DNA of 35,187 bases from IMG/VR virus record IMGVR_UViG_3300009068_000095, positions 1 to 35,187 of that record; one strand, written 5' to 3'. Shown piece by piece: positions 15,214 to 24,914 of this stretch. The translations under genes and the position numbers were made by a program. The notes under the pieces are model-generated. The model did no database searches. It was not told where the DNA came from and was given only the letters and a program-made list of their open reading frames with translations. Position 1 is the stretch's first letter. Each line of letters begins with the position of its first letter. The stretch comes from a virus (Duplodnaviria; Caudoviricetes).

Positions 15214-18200
15214 CTATTTTTTTAATGACTTTCTCATCTCTTCAACTTGCCTTGCCATGTCAGACATCATGATTTTTATGCGTGCCATTTCGTCTCTTCT
15301 GTCTGCTGGGTCTATCGCCTGATTAGTCTCTACCATGCGAGCTTGTTTACGCAGCTGAGCCAATTGTTTAGTAGTCTGGTCGTATACTTTAGCAAGAGCA
15401 ATATCATCGCCTCTTTCTTCCATGACTTTTTGTAACTTCTCAGAGTCACCAATTTCGGCGTAATGACGCATATCTGCTAGGGCTGACTGGATTCTTTCGT
15501 TGTTCTGATAGAACTGCGTCATGTACTTAGATTGAGTCTCCGGCATGGTCTTGATAAAGCCCATAGCCAATGTATCAATAATTGGCGGATGAACCTTTGC
15601 ACCCTCTTGGAATGGCTCTACAGCTCTATCTGCAGTCGATACGGCAGTAGCACCCATCCAGCCTAAGTAAGCCTTAATAGCGTAATCCATTTGTACTGGA
15701 GAGAACCCTTGTGCATCTGGATTAAATGTCAATACTTTAGAGGCTGCCTCAGATACGCCGCCTAATGCTTTAGCAATACCGCTTGTTCTTTCGGTAGCAC
15801 GTTCTTGCTTGGATAAACGCTCCATACCAGCAGATTCGATTGGAGCACCGGTAAAGCTGTCTTTATTAGAATACAAGTCAATCATCGGCTTAATCATTTG
15901 TGGCATTGGATTAAGAGAGAATGTATCCATCAAGATAGAATTCAAACGATTACCAAAGACTTTGCCTTCTACGTTCTCATCTGTAATCTGCTCTAATGTA
16001 CGCTCTGCAATCGTTCCAAGGGCGCCAATTTCAAATGGCTTAGGAATGCGGAATTGAACATCATCAATCTTAAACCACCAGAAGTTATCTCTATCCCAAT
16101 CCTCACGGCGTTGGAAGTCTTCATCGTCTTTGTATGCGCTGTAAAGTGCTAAAGACGCCAACATAATTGCACTAGAGACCGCCATAAAGCGTTGTGCTTT
16201 TTTCTTATCATTAATATCTAAGGGTTTACCCGTAGCCATATTATAGATAACACGAGATGTTGGAGCAAAGCCGTCTCTGCCTAACTTGTATATACCCTGT
16301 AATCGAGCATTAAAGAACGGAACTACAGAACCAATTACTTTAATTGTACGGAACTGACCTTGCATAGAGAAGTCCATGAGGTCACGGGCTGCATATGACG
16401 CCTCTAAATGAGACTTACCGCTGTCTATTAATTTCTTATAAAGAGCTAGACGGTTGGCATTTTCAAACTTATTACCTTGTTCATTATACCAATCAAGTGC
16501 CTTTTGTAGATTTGCCTTAATCTTTTCTGGTGTATCTAGGATTGTTCCAGTAGATACGCCTTTGTCAATCAGTCGCTTAATTAGCTTAGCTTGGTTGCCT
16601 TCGTGAGCTGTGCCCATTTCAAAAATGCCGCCGCCAGCCAATGCTGCTACGAACGTTGGATTGCCTTTTTTAGATAGGGCGAGTCCATTATAAATGTTGC
16701 TTGCTAGATTAGGAGATAAATCAGAGACGGCAACGGAAGACATGGAGTCACGGATTAAGTTGCGAATCTTGTACGCTGGGCTCAGTGTTACACCATAACG
16801 TAGTGCGTTAGTAAATCCCTTGGCAATATCCAAGAATGCTGACTTTGGTCCAAGATAAGAGATGGTAGAGATAGCATCTACTAGGTCTGGGTCTGACAGC
16901 GTATAGTGAGCTGTTTTACCTTCTTGCATAATCTTCACGGTATTAGCAGGATACTTGCCATCCATCGGCTTAGACTTCTCTGCTACATCCATCATCTCTG
17001 CAGCTTTAATTGTATTTTGTGCTGCAATATTTTTAACGGACGCTGAGAGAATGTGTGACCAATTCATCAAGACGTTTTCCATCAAGTCATTCGTCTTCTT
17101 TTCGCCGCCCTTTAATGCTTTGCTAAAGTATTGACCGGTCAACTTAGAGGATGAGCTGACAGACTGAACATCGCCGTCTTCCATAGCTTTATAAAACGGA
17201 ATGTAGTAAATGTCATTGGAGAAGTTCTGATAACCTTCTGTATCAATAATTCCGGCTTCCCTTGCCACGTTTAATACGGAACGATTAAGAGCATTCTCTT
17301 CATTCAAAGCAGTCTGATAAACAGATAAACGGGGTTTGCCGTCTAATTGACCTTTTGTTAATTCATTGCGGCCTGCAATAACATCTGCTGGGAATGATGG
17401 TTGAGCTGGTTCTTTTAAACCTTTTCTATCTTTAGCAGGAATTTGCTTCCATTTAGCATACTTCTCAGCTACCTGAGCATCACGGTTTAATGCTTTCCAT
17501 ATTTGGTATTGGTCTACTTCAGAACCTAGCGGAGCAAGAATTTCTAATAGACCTTTGGTGCCAGGCTTAATGTTTAGCGCCCCGTTATCTAGGAATACTT
17601 GACCGTACTCTAGCAATCCTTGAAGACCGCCGTCAATAGATTTGGACAGACGGGCTTGCATATACGCTTCATCGGAATAGTTTTTAATGGCACGGAACTC
17701 ATCAAACACACCAGTAACCATGCGGTCAAAGAAATTAGTCCTTAGATTATCAAACTTCTCTTTAACAGTAGCCTTCTCTTGAGTAAACTGTTTACGTATC
17801 TTTTCAGCATAGTCTGGGTCAATACCTTCAGCTACCTTTAATGTTTTAGCTCTTTCAGCACGGGCTTTTTTCTCAAAACGAATATCAGGATTTTCTGCGC
17901 TAAATGCACCGGTATTGCCAGTAGCAGATTTAATTTGATTTGAATCAAATGGTATGTATTGTTTTGGTTCTCCACCGAAGGCTTCTCTTACTTCAGGAAA
18001 AAATCTTGCCTCATCACTTGTGGTAATGATGCCGTCGTACCCTTGAGATTTCCATATATCAATTTGTTTTTTAATATCTTCTTTGCTTTTCCCAAGTCTT
18101 TGACTAAAACTATTGATTTGCATTGCATCTAAATAAAGAGGATTTTTTATTGAAAGAAATGCTGGGTAAACACGCCCACCTTCACCGCCAACAAATTCAT

Positions 18201-21200
18201 TGGCATACTCTTTCGTGTCATTAACTTGGTCTACTGCTTCTTGTGAATTGCCTTTTTTTAACTTAATTGATTGATTGCCATCACTTGTGTATTTAAAAGA
18301 ATCATGGTCAACGACTACATTTTTTAACACTTCAAATTTATTTTTACCTAAATATTTATATACCGGACCGTCTTCTCCACCTTCTGCATAAAACTTTCCT
18401 ACCTCTAACTTACCTAAATCAGAAAGAACGGATACATAGGGTACTGTTTGACCAACAGCAGATGTATCTTCAGATAATGTATATTTATTTAAAAGTCTTT
18501 CTCTTTTTCTTAAATATTGGTCATTTGTATATGCATTTGCTTCATCGGTATTTTCAGTAAACCAAGATGCCGGGTCAAAAATACTAAAATCCTCTTTATC
18601 AGTGCCGTGATAAACAACCTTTGGGCTGCCGTCCTCATTAACAACTTTGCTATCCCCAAACCATTTAGCAAGATTTTGCTCTCTAGCTTTTCCAGTAATA
18701 GTTTGTTTACCTTTTAGTTTGCCGGCTCCTGCCTCTTGGAATACATCTTCTGCAGTTCTGTAGCCATTACCTTTTAACCAGTTACCAATACGTTTTAGGA
18801 AGTTAACAACCCTAGACATAATGGATTTAACAGCTGGAGCTTGTGTTTGAACATCAGCAAAAGCATGAGCGATAGCTTCTTCTAATTGAATTTCTGTTGT
18901 CTCGTCCCCATAGCTATTGGCGATATCATACTTAGCCATCCATTCAGAACGGGCTTTTTGCTCCAATAGATTCCAGTCTGCAGCAGAGAATAGACCTAAA
19001 TCTTTCATAGCGTGTAGTGCTTCGTGGTTAAACGAACGCAACATATTGTCGCCAGATAAGGATAGTTTAATTAACTTGTTTAAATACAAACCATTGACTG
19101 CCGTCATTTTCCCGTTGATATACTCATTAATAGAATCTTCAAAACGAAGACCAACGTCGTTTAATCCCATGCTATCTAATGCTTGACGCAAAGAACGCAT
19201 TAGTTTTTTCTCATCCGCAATAAACTTATCTGCAAATGGAGTGGCTGTTTGTTTTTCGTATAGGTAGTTTTTCTTAGAGCCGTATTGAACATCTTTTGCC
19301 AACAAGAAACGTCCAACCTGAAGCACTTCCGAAGCCGATACAACCGGCTGCGTATTAGAGCGGTCGTAGAAATAAGAATGGCGGAAAGGGTCTAAACTAA
19401 TTTGAGACCATGCTGGGTCATTTAGTTTTTCCTGAACCATTTTATAGGCGTCTTCAGGAGACATGTTTACCCACTCGCCTTCAACAGTTTGCTGAGGCAT
19501 CTTATATTCTTGACCCGTAGCAACCTTTAATGCTGCCTTTTCATTACGGGGCTCAAATTTAACATTCTTAACATATGCTGTACTAGAGTATCCAATAACT
19601 TTTCCATGAGTTCCTTTAGTTCCCTCACGGTGAATAGAAACAACGCTACCGCCTTTTTGAAGGGCGTTAATATCCATTCTTAAACCAACTTTAGTGCCGT
19701 TCTTAATGTCCGGATTAATATCATCTATCTGATTAGACTTAAGAACTTCCTTCATTTTTTCTAGGGATGTTGGAGCGTCCGGCTTGGAAACCATAGTAAT
19801 TGGCATATAGCGATTTACATATTGCTCAAACTGCTCTCTATTCATTGCTCCTTGCTGCAATAAATTAGCGGCAGCAACAACCTGAGGATGGCGTCCCTTG
19901 GGAACTCTTAATCCTTCTGTTGGCAATTCTGGTAGCCCAGCAACTACAGGCTCTGCAATTGGTTCACGAGCACTTTCTTCCGGCACTGCTTCTGAAAAAT
20001 AATCATCTACCGGAGGCGATTCAATAGACACTCCCAATATCTCACCATTTGGACCAATATTGGTAGAGGGAACTACTGGCTCTCTTTGAGCGTATTCCTC
20101 TGGGGTTACAGGGCCAGCTTTAGCACCCTTTTCTGGCGCTACAAACTCTTCTGATAACTTTGCTGCTGTTTGCTCTTCGGAAGGGATATTTTTAACAAGC
20201 TCTTTACGTCTTTGAACTTCATCATCTAGCTTCTCATATTCATTAAAAATAGCTTTATATTGAGCATTAGCTTGTTCTAATCCAGGTGTCGACACAATGT
20301 CGCCATCGTAAAGCGCTTTAATCTTATCTGTTAAAGCATTAACGCCGCCATTGTCATTAGGGTTAAAGAACTCTTCGTCAGACAAATATCCTACGTCATG
20401 AGCAATTCTTGCTAAATCATCTAAATCTTGACCTTTGGGACGGTCATTAGTAAAAAAACCTTTTTGCTGTGATTTGGTTAATAACTTATTAGTCGGATGC
20501 CGTGGATTAATAAATTCGCCATAATAATTACCCTTTAATGGGCGGGCTTGTAAAAACTCTTTAAACGCATTATTTGCTTTTGTAACCTGTGCACCAGCAG
20601 CTTCCAAGTCCTTAGCCATAGCCTTGACTCTTTGCTCATATCCTTTAGTTTCAAAGTTGTATATGTCTTGTTCTGTTGGGTTAATTACAACTTTTTTGCT
20701 ATCTTTAAAGGTTTCTATAATTTTGCCATTAGCGTCTAAAAGGTTAACGCCGCTTGCTGTTTTATTTGGAACGCCTTCAAAGAACTTAACACCCTCTACT
20801 GGGTCAAATACGGCAACTGTCTGCATTGGAGATACTGCAGGCTCTTGTGGTTTAGGAGCAAAGAATAGTCCGCCTTCTGGAGTAGCGTTTTTAAACGCCT
20901 CTTCCGCTTGTTGACGGCGTGCTGCTTGTTCTTTAGTAACAGTCTCTTTATGGGCAAAGAACTTTTGCATCGTAGGAGAATTGGCTCTTGCCTCATCCCA
21001 ACGGGCTTTCATAATAGCGGCTTGGTCTTCTGGCTTAGCAAAGGCTTCAGTGGTTCCCGTTGCAGGTGGCGGATTCATACCAAAACGCTCTTTAAAGGCA
21101 GAACTTTCGCTAGTGGCTACTCTGCCATCAGGGAACACATAAAACGTCTCAGAACCTACAGAGGTAGGTGCATTAGGGTCATATGACAATGCAGGACGTG

Positions 21201-22272
21201 GGATGTCTACAGGCTGTGGTTGATTACTTTCCTTGGCTCTAGCTTGAGCTTCCTCTACCAGTTTTTTAGCGTTTGCTAATTCATTGGCATTGGCTGAGTT
21301 TACAAGGCTAGACTTCAGACCAAAGGCTAAGCCACCGAGAGCTCCTAGACCTGCTGCTGCACCAACACCCTTAAATATATCTGTATCTGGTTTTACTGCT
21401 TGTAGTTGAAGGTTAGACGCTAATTGACCACCAGCCTCTTCTACACCTTCACTTAGGGTTTCCCCTAATGTTCCACGGATAATTCCCGTTTTAGGAGCTC
21501 CAGCCATACCACGGGTTAATGCTCGTTCAATGGTAGAGCCTGCACCAAAAGACGTTCCAACAGTTAATGCTGCTGCTTCAATAGCCGCTATACGGGCTCT
21601 AGAAAGAGCTTCTTTAACGGCTGAATCTTTGTCATATCCTTGGGAAATAAGCTCGTCATAGACCTTCTCATAGGTGTCAGAACCGATGTCTGCACCCTGC
21701 ATGATTGCGCCGGTACCAATAGCTCCACGGGTTCCTGATTTAGCCAACGCCTCTTCGGTGGCGTTTCTCATGAGCATCTTAACGCCCTGCTTAGTCGCTA
21801 ATCCGCCGCCCAATGTTCCTGCTAAATTTGGAATCTGTTCAGATAAGAATGAGGTTAATAGGGCTGGGTCTGTAAACGTGCTTTTAATTGCAGTGCCGGC
21901 TTCTTCCCAAAAACCCTCTGCTTGATTGATTTTCTGAGCCCGTAATGCTTCTTTGGCTTTTAAGACTGGAGATTTAGCTTGTTCAGCAAACTTCTCAAAT
22001 TGCCGTGCAGCACCTTGAAGTCCTAATTCTCTTTCGTCTGGGGTAAATACACCCATTAACTCACCGACTTGACCCGGTAATTGTGCTAATCCAGCAACAC
22101 CTTTTCCAAGACCTGCTGCAATATCAGTTGCCGCCTCACCCCAAGTACGCTTCTCATTAAGGGCTAGCTCTGGGTATGCGTTTAATATCTTTGCCTTAGC
22201 AGCGCTCGGGTCTAAATCATCCGGAATGTTTTCAACTAACGTCCCGTCAGGTAACTGAATGTTGTAAGGCAT
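15214..22272 (-). CDS. giant polyvalent (probably injected) protein: zincin-like + ART-like + LPD38 domains
   Basis: HEALH...EEAIA; WFGDSKVVNEDGSPKVVYHGT...QIKSATGNTGAFSAENPDIRF; WDRDNFWWF...RIPKPFEIG...PMIDLYSNKDSFTGAPI. Confidence 0.85.
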   Translation of the reverse strand: MPYNIQLPDGTLVENIPDDLDPSAAKAKILNAYPELALNEKRTWGEAATDIAAGLGKGVAGLAQLPGQVGELMGVFTPDERELGLQGAARQFEKFAEQAKSPVLKAKEALRAQKINQAEGFWEEAGTAIKSTFTDPALLTSFLSEQIPNLAGTLGGGLATKQGVKMLMRNATEEALAKSGTRGAIGTGAIMQGADIGSDTYEKVYDELISQGYDKDSAVKEALSRARIAAIEAAALTVGTSFGAGSTIERALTRGMAGAPKTGIIRGTLGETLSEGVEEAGGQLASNLQLQAVKPDTDIFKGVGAAAGLGALGGLAFGLKSSLVNSANANELANAKKLVEEAQARAKESNQPQPVDIPRPALSYDPNAPTSVGSETFYVFPDGRVATSESSAFKERFGMNPPPATGTTEAFAKPEDQAAIMKARWDEARANSPTMQKFFAHKETVTKEQAARRQQAEEAFKNATPEGGLFFAPKPQEPAVSPMQTVAVFDPVEGVKFFEGVPNKTASGVNLLDANGKIIETFKDSKKVVINPTEQDIYNFETKGYEQRVKAMAKDLEAAGAQVTKANNAFKEFLQARPLKGNYYGEFINPRHPTNKLLTKSQQKGFFTNDRPKGQDLDDLARIAHDVGYLSDEEFFNPNDNGGVNALTDKIKALYDGDIVSTPGLEQANAQYKAIFNEYEKLDDEVQRRKELVKNIPSEEQTAAKLSEEFVAPEKGAKAGPVTPEEYAQREPVVPSTNIGPNGEILGVSIESPPVDDYFSEAVPEESAREPIAEPVVAGLPELPTEGLRVPKGRHPQVVAAANLLQQGAMNREQFEQYVNRYMPITMVSKPDAPTSLEKMKEVLKSNQIDDINPDIKNGTKVGLRMDINALQKGGSVVSIHREGTKGTHGKVIGYSSTAYVKNVKFEPRNEKAALKVATGQEYKMPQQTVEGEWVNMSPEDAYKMVQEKLNDPAWSQISLDPFRHSYFYDRSNTQPVVSASEVLQVGRFLLAKDVQYGSKKNYLYEKQTATPFADKFIADEKKLMRSLRQALDSMGLNDVGLRFEDSINEYINGKMTAVNGLYLNKLIKLSLSGDNMLRSFNHEALHAMKDLGLFSAADWNLLEQKARSEWMAKYDIANSYGDETTEIQLEEAIAHAFADVQTQAPAVKSIMSRVVNFLKRIGNWLKGNGYRTAEDVFQEAGAGKLKGKQTITGKAREQNLAKWFGDSKVVNEDGSPKVVYHGTDKEDFSIFDPASWFTENTDEANAYTNDQYLRKRERLLNKYTLSEDTSAVGQTVPYVSVLSDLGKLEVGKFYAEGGEDGPVYKYLGKNKFEVLKNVVVDHDSFKYTSDGNQSIKLKKGNSQEAVDQVNDTKEYANEFVGGEGGRVYPAFLSIKNPLYLDAMQINSFSQRLGKSKEDIKKQIDIWKSQGYDGIITTSDEARFFPEVREAFGGEPKQYIPFDSNQIKSATGNTGAFSAENPDIRFEKKARAERAKTLKVAEGIDPDYAEKIRKQFTQEKATVKEKFDNLRTNFFDRMVTGVFDEFRAIKNYSDEAYMQARLSKSIDGGLQGLLEYGQVFLDNGALNIKPGTKGLLEILAPLGSEVDQYQIWKALNRDAQVAEKYAKWKQIPAKDRKGLKEPAQPSFPADVIAGRNELTKGQLDGKPRLSVYQTALNEENALNRSVLNVAREAGIIDTEGYQNFSNDIYYIPFYKAMEDGDVQSVSSSSKLTGQYFSKALKGGEKKTNDLMENVLMNWSHILSASVKNIAAQNTIKAAEMMDVAEKSKPMDGKYPANTVKIMQEGKTAHYTLSDPDLVDAISTISYLGPKSAFLDIAKGFTNALRYGVTLSPAYKIRNLIRDSMSSVAVSDLSPNLASNIYNGLALSKKGNPTFVAALAGGGIFEMGTAHEGNQAKLIKRLIDKGVSTGTILDTPEKIKANLQKALDWYNEQGNKFENANRLALYKKLIDSGKSHLEASYAARDLMDFSMQGQFRTIKVIGSVVPFFNARLQGIYKLGRDGFAPTSRVIYNMATGKPLDINDKKKAQRFMAVSSAIMLASLALYSAYKDDEDFQRREDWDRDNFWWFKIDDVQFRIPKPFEIGALGTIAERTLEQITDENVEGKVFGNRLNSILMDTFSLNPMPQMIKPMIDLYSNKDSFTGAPIESAGMERLSKQERATERTSGIAKALGGVSEAASKVLTFNPDAQGFSPVQMDYAIKAYLGWMGATAVSTADRAVEPFQEGAKVHPPIIDTLAMGFIKTMPETQSKYMTQFYQNNERIQSALADMRHYAEIGDSEKLQKVMEERGDDIALAKVYDQTTKQLAQLRKQARMVETNQAIDPADRRDEMARIKIMMSDMARQVEEMRKSLKK

Positions 22273-22280
22273 TCTTTCCC

Positions 22281-24002
22281 TTACTTAATGTTTGAAAAGT
22301 TTATTGTACGATTTTGTTGCATTGCTGGCATAGGTTGAATGCCAAGTTGTTGACTTAATCCTTGGAAGTAAGGGTCTTCTCGTTTAATCCTGTTAATTTC
22401 TTGCTGCAATAACGCTGATTTTTGGTCGTCCGGCAACATACTAAATCTAGGATTATTTTTAACTAAGAAATTATTGGCTCTATCTACAATGTTCTTTTCA
22501 GCCATTCTGTAGTCGTCACTTAAGCGACCACGTTCTGCTGACAACATTGTTGCTTTTCTTATCTTACCTATTTCTCTGCCTTCTAGTGCGCCTATATCAG
22601 CCTTATTCAAGGCTGCTAATTCAGATGCACGACGGGCTTTAGATGCGCCATACTGCTCCACTCCAGCCTTACCACCCAATCCAATATTGGCAAATGCATA
22701 TGGAGATGTACCGCCCATCATGCCTAGACCAGCTGCCAGTAAAGCAAGATTCTTATCTTCTGCAGCGCTCTTTTTTAATTCGGCACGGGCTTCTTTGTTT
22801 TGAGCAAGTAGCTCTGCATAGTAATCCTGTTCTGTTGCAGGAGCTTCCTGTGGTTTGTAAGGGTATACAGGAGGCGCTTCAGTAGTTGCTTGAGGAGTAA
22901 CTACTTTTTTAGGAGCTTGTCTTTCTTTCATTCGGTTATATTCTTCTTGAGTAATCTGTTTATTGTTTAACAAATTCTCAGGAGTTCCAGGAACAATTGT
23001 TTTGTACTCGCCCATATCTGGAGAAGTTATCATAGGGATTCCTAAATCTGAATACCCACCTTCATCAAAATGACGTACTTCACCACCTTCCGCCAAGCCT
23101 ACTATGTAATTACGAGTTTCTCTTGGTAAGCTATTGATGCCGTTTTCTGCACGCAATGCCCTGTCTAGTCTACCGGGTCCTGCATTGTACGCAGCAGCAG
23201 ATAATGCTGGGTCTTGGTATTTGTTGTACATTTTCTTAAGATAAGCAACTCCGCCGGCAATATTTTGACTTGGGTCTGTTGGGTCTACGCCGAGCTCTTT
23301 AGCAGTTCCAGGCATCAACTGCATGACGCCAATGGCGCCAGCTTTTGAACGGGCATTTTCAGGGTTCTTTAAATTACCTGTTTCTTTATACAGTACATGC
23401 AGGGCTAGATTGGGGTCGACACCTTGACGATTAGCTTCTTGTATAACTTGAGATTCATAAGGATGTGAGCCACGGGTTTGAGCTGGTGCGGCGTATTGCT
23501 GCATTTGTTCTGCTTTAGTAGCCTCGTAAGACCTTGGCATACCTTGCATCATTGAGGATGCTCTATCAGGAATACTCTTAATTCCAGACATAATCTCGCC
23601 AAACGCTCTTTCCATTTTAGATTTACGAACCTTATCTTCGTAATCTTCATAGTCTTCTTCTGACATACCGCCATCTGCAAAAGCAATAATTCCACCGCCG
23701 GCATATTGACGTTCTGGCATAGGTAACTGTGCTACTCCAGCATCTTCCATGGCTGGCTGCTCTGCTTGAGCATTCTGAGCCATTAAATTTTCCATTACTG
23801 TAGGAGGTGTTTGACCGGCATTTTGTAACGCTTTTGTACGAGCTACTGCATCAGCCATCTCTGCTTTACGTCCCAAAATTGGAGCAAGCATGTCTTCCCG
23901 GATTTCACCCTTCTGAGCCATCTGCATAATCATGGCTTGAGGAAGTTTTGCTAAATCATCAATAGAGCTGTTCTGTTGTTTAAGTGCGCTAAGTATGCTC
24001 AT
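22281..24002 (-). CDS. internal virion protein with lytic transglycosylase (SLT) domain
   Basis: KETG, SKAGAIGVMQLMPGTA, NIAGGVAYL, AAAYNAGPG, ETRNY. Confidence 0.88.
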   Translation of the reverse strand: MSILSALKQQNSSIDDLAKLPQAMIMQMAQKGEIREDMLAPILGRKAEMADAVARTKALQNAGQTPPTVMENLMAQNAQAEQPAMEDAGVAQLPMPERQYAGGGIIAFADGGMSEEDYEDYEDKVRKSKMERAFGEIMSGIKSIPDRASSMMQGMPRSYEATKAEQMQQYAAPAQTRGSHPYESQVIQEANRQGVDPNLALHVLYKETGNLKNPENARSKAGAIGVMQLMPGTAKELGVDPTDPSQNIAGGVAYLKKMYNKYQDPALSAAAYNAGPGRLDRALRAENGINSLPRETRNYIVGLAEGGEVRHFDEGGYSDLGIPMITSPDMGEYKTIVPGTPENLLNNKQITQEEYNRMKERQAPKKVVTPQATTEAPPVYPYKPQEAPATEQDYYAELLAQNKEARAELKKSAAEDKNLALLAAGLGMMGGTSPYAFANIGLGGKAGVEQYGASKARRASELAALNKADIGALEGREIGKIRKATMLSAERGRLSDDYRMAEKNIVDRANNFLVKNNPRFSMLPDDQKSALLQQEINRIKREDPYFQGLSQQLGIQPMPAMQQNRTINFSNIK

Positions 24003-24004
24003 AA

Positions 24005-24904
24005 TTAACCTCTAGGACCAAACATATTATAGAGAGACAATCCAGTTAATCCCATACCGCCTAACTGACTAGCAAAGCTTGGTGGTGGAGTTGTCTGAGA
24101 ACCTGTTTCACCGGTTTTTGTCAATGGAACACCACGAACTAGGTTATTCATAGTCTCTAAACTTGTCAATGGATAATTGAGCTTGGTCATTAAATCTTGA
24201 TATTGTGCATCCAATTGTTGTTGTTGGGTAGCTCGTTGCAAATCACCATACGCACCTTGAGTCTTGAGGCGGTCAATATCTGTAGCTTGTTGTGCAGTTC
24301 CTAACTGACCAAATGTTTGACCTAAACCAGTATAACCGGCAGCCTGACCCAACTGGGCTTTTTGCGCTGCATCAAATGCGTTTTGCATGCCTGTGGCTTG
24401 GATGTTACCTAGCTTAGTTTGGAGGTTACGGTCCATTTCAGTTTGAGCTAAGAGCTGACGAGCACCACCATAAGTTCCTTGTCTGGGCGCGGCTAGGTTA
24501 TTGGTTAACAATCCCTTTTGTGCATCACGTAACGCTTCTTGTTTATTAACATCAATAACGTTTTGCTCATATGGAGACATATACATTCGGGTTTGCTGTG
24601 GGCTAAGCATAGAACCTAGGGCACCAAGACCCATAGCGGCGGCACCAGTTCCAAGACCAAATTGTCCAGGAGTTTGCATGCCGCCTAACTCAGTACCAAT
24701 CTGTTGTTGCATTGGAGACATACCAGCAACACGACCAGAACCAGCTAATCCAGCTGCTTTTAACGGGTCACCATAAGTAGTGGCGTAATCTTTAGATAAA
24801 AGCCCTTGAGCCGTTGGTAATATACCGCCAGTATCCGTAATGTACGGTTTTAATACGGCTGGGACGTCCGTTAGGGATGTTGAAATTGAGGTAGATGTTG
24901 CCAT
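24005..24904 (-). CDS. putative DNA-ejection / internal virion protein
   Basis: Q/G/A-rich; YMSPYEQNVI, TYGGARQ; position among internal proteins. Confidence 0.7.
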   Translation of the reverse strand: MATSTSISTSLTDVPAVLKPYITDTGGILPTAQGLLSKDYATTYGDPLKAAGLAGSGRVAGMSPMQQQIGTELGGMQTPGQFGLGTGAAAMGLGALGSMLSPQQTRMYMSPYEQNVIDVNKQEALRDAQKGLLTNNLAAPRQGTYGGARQLLAQTEMDRNLQTKLGNIQATGMQNAFDAAQKAQLGQAAGYTGLGQTFGQLGTAQQATDIDRLKTQGAYGDLQRATQQQQLDAQYQDLMTKLNYPLTSLETMNNLVRGVPLTKTGETGSQTTPPPSFASQLGGMGLTGLSLYNMFGPRG

Positions 24905-24914
24905 TTTTTATCCT

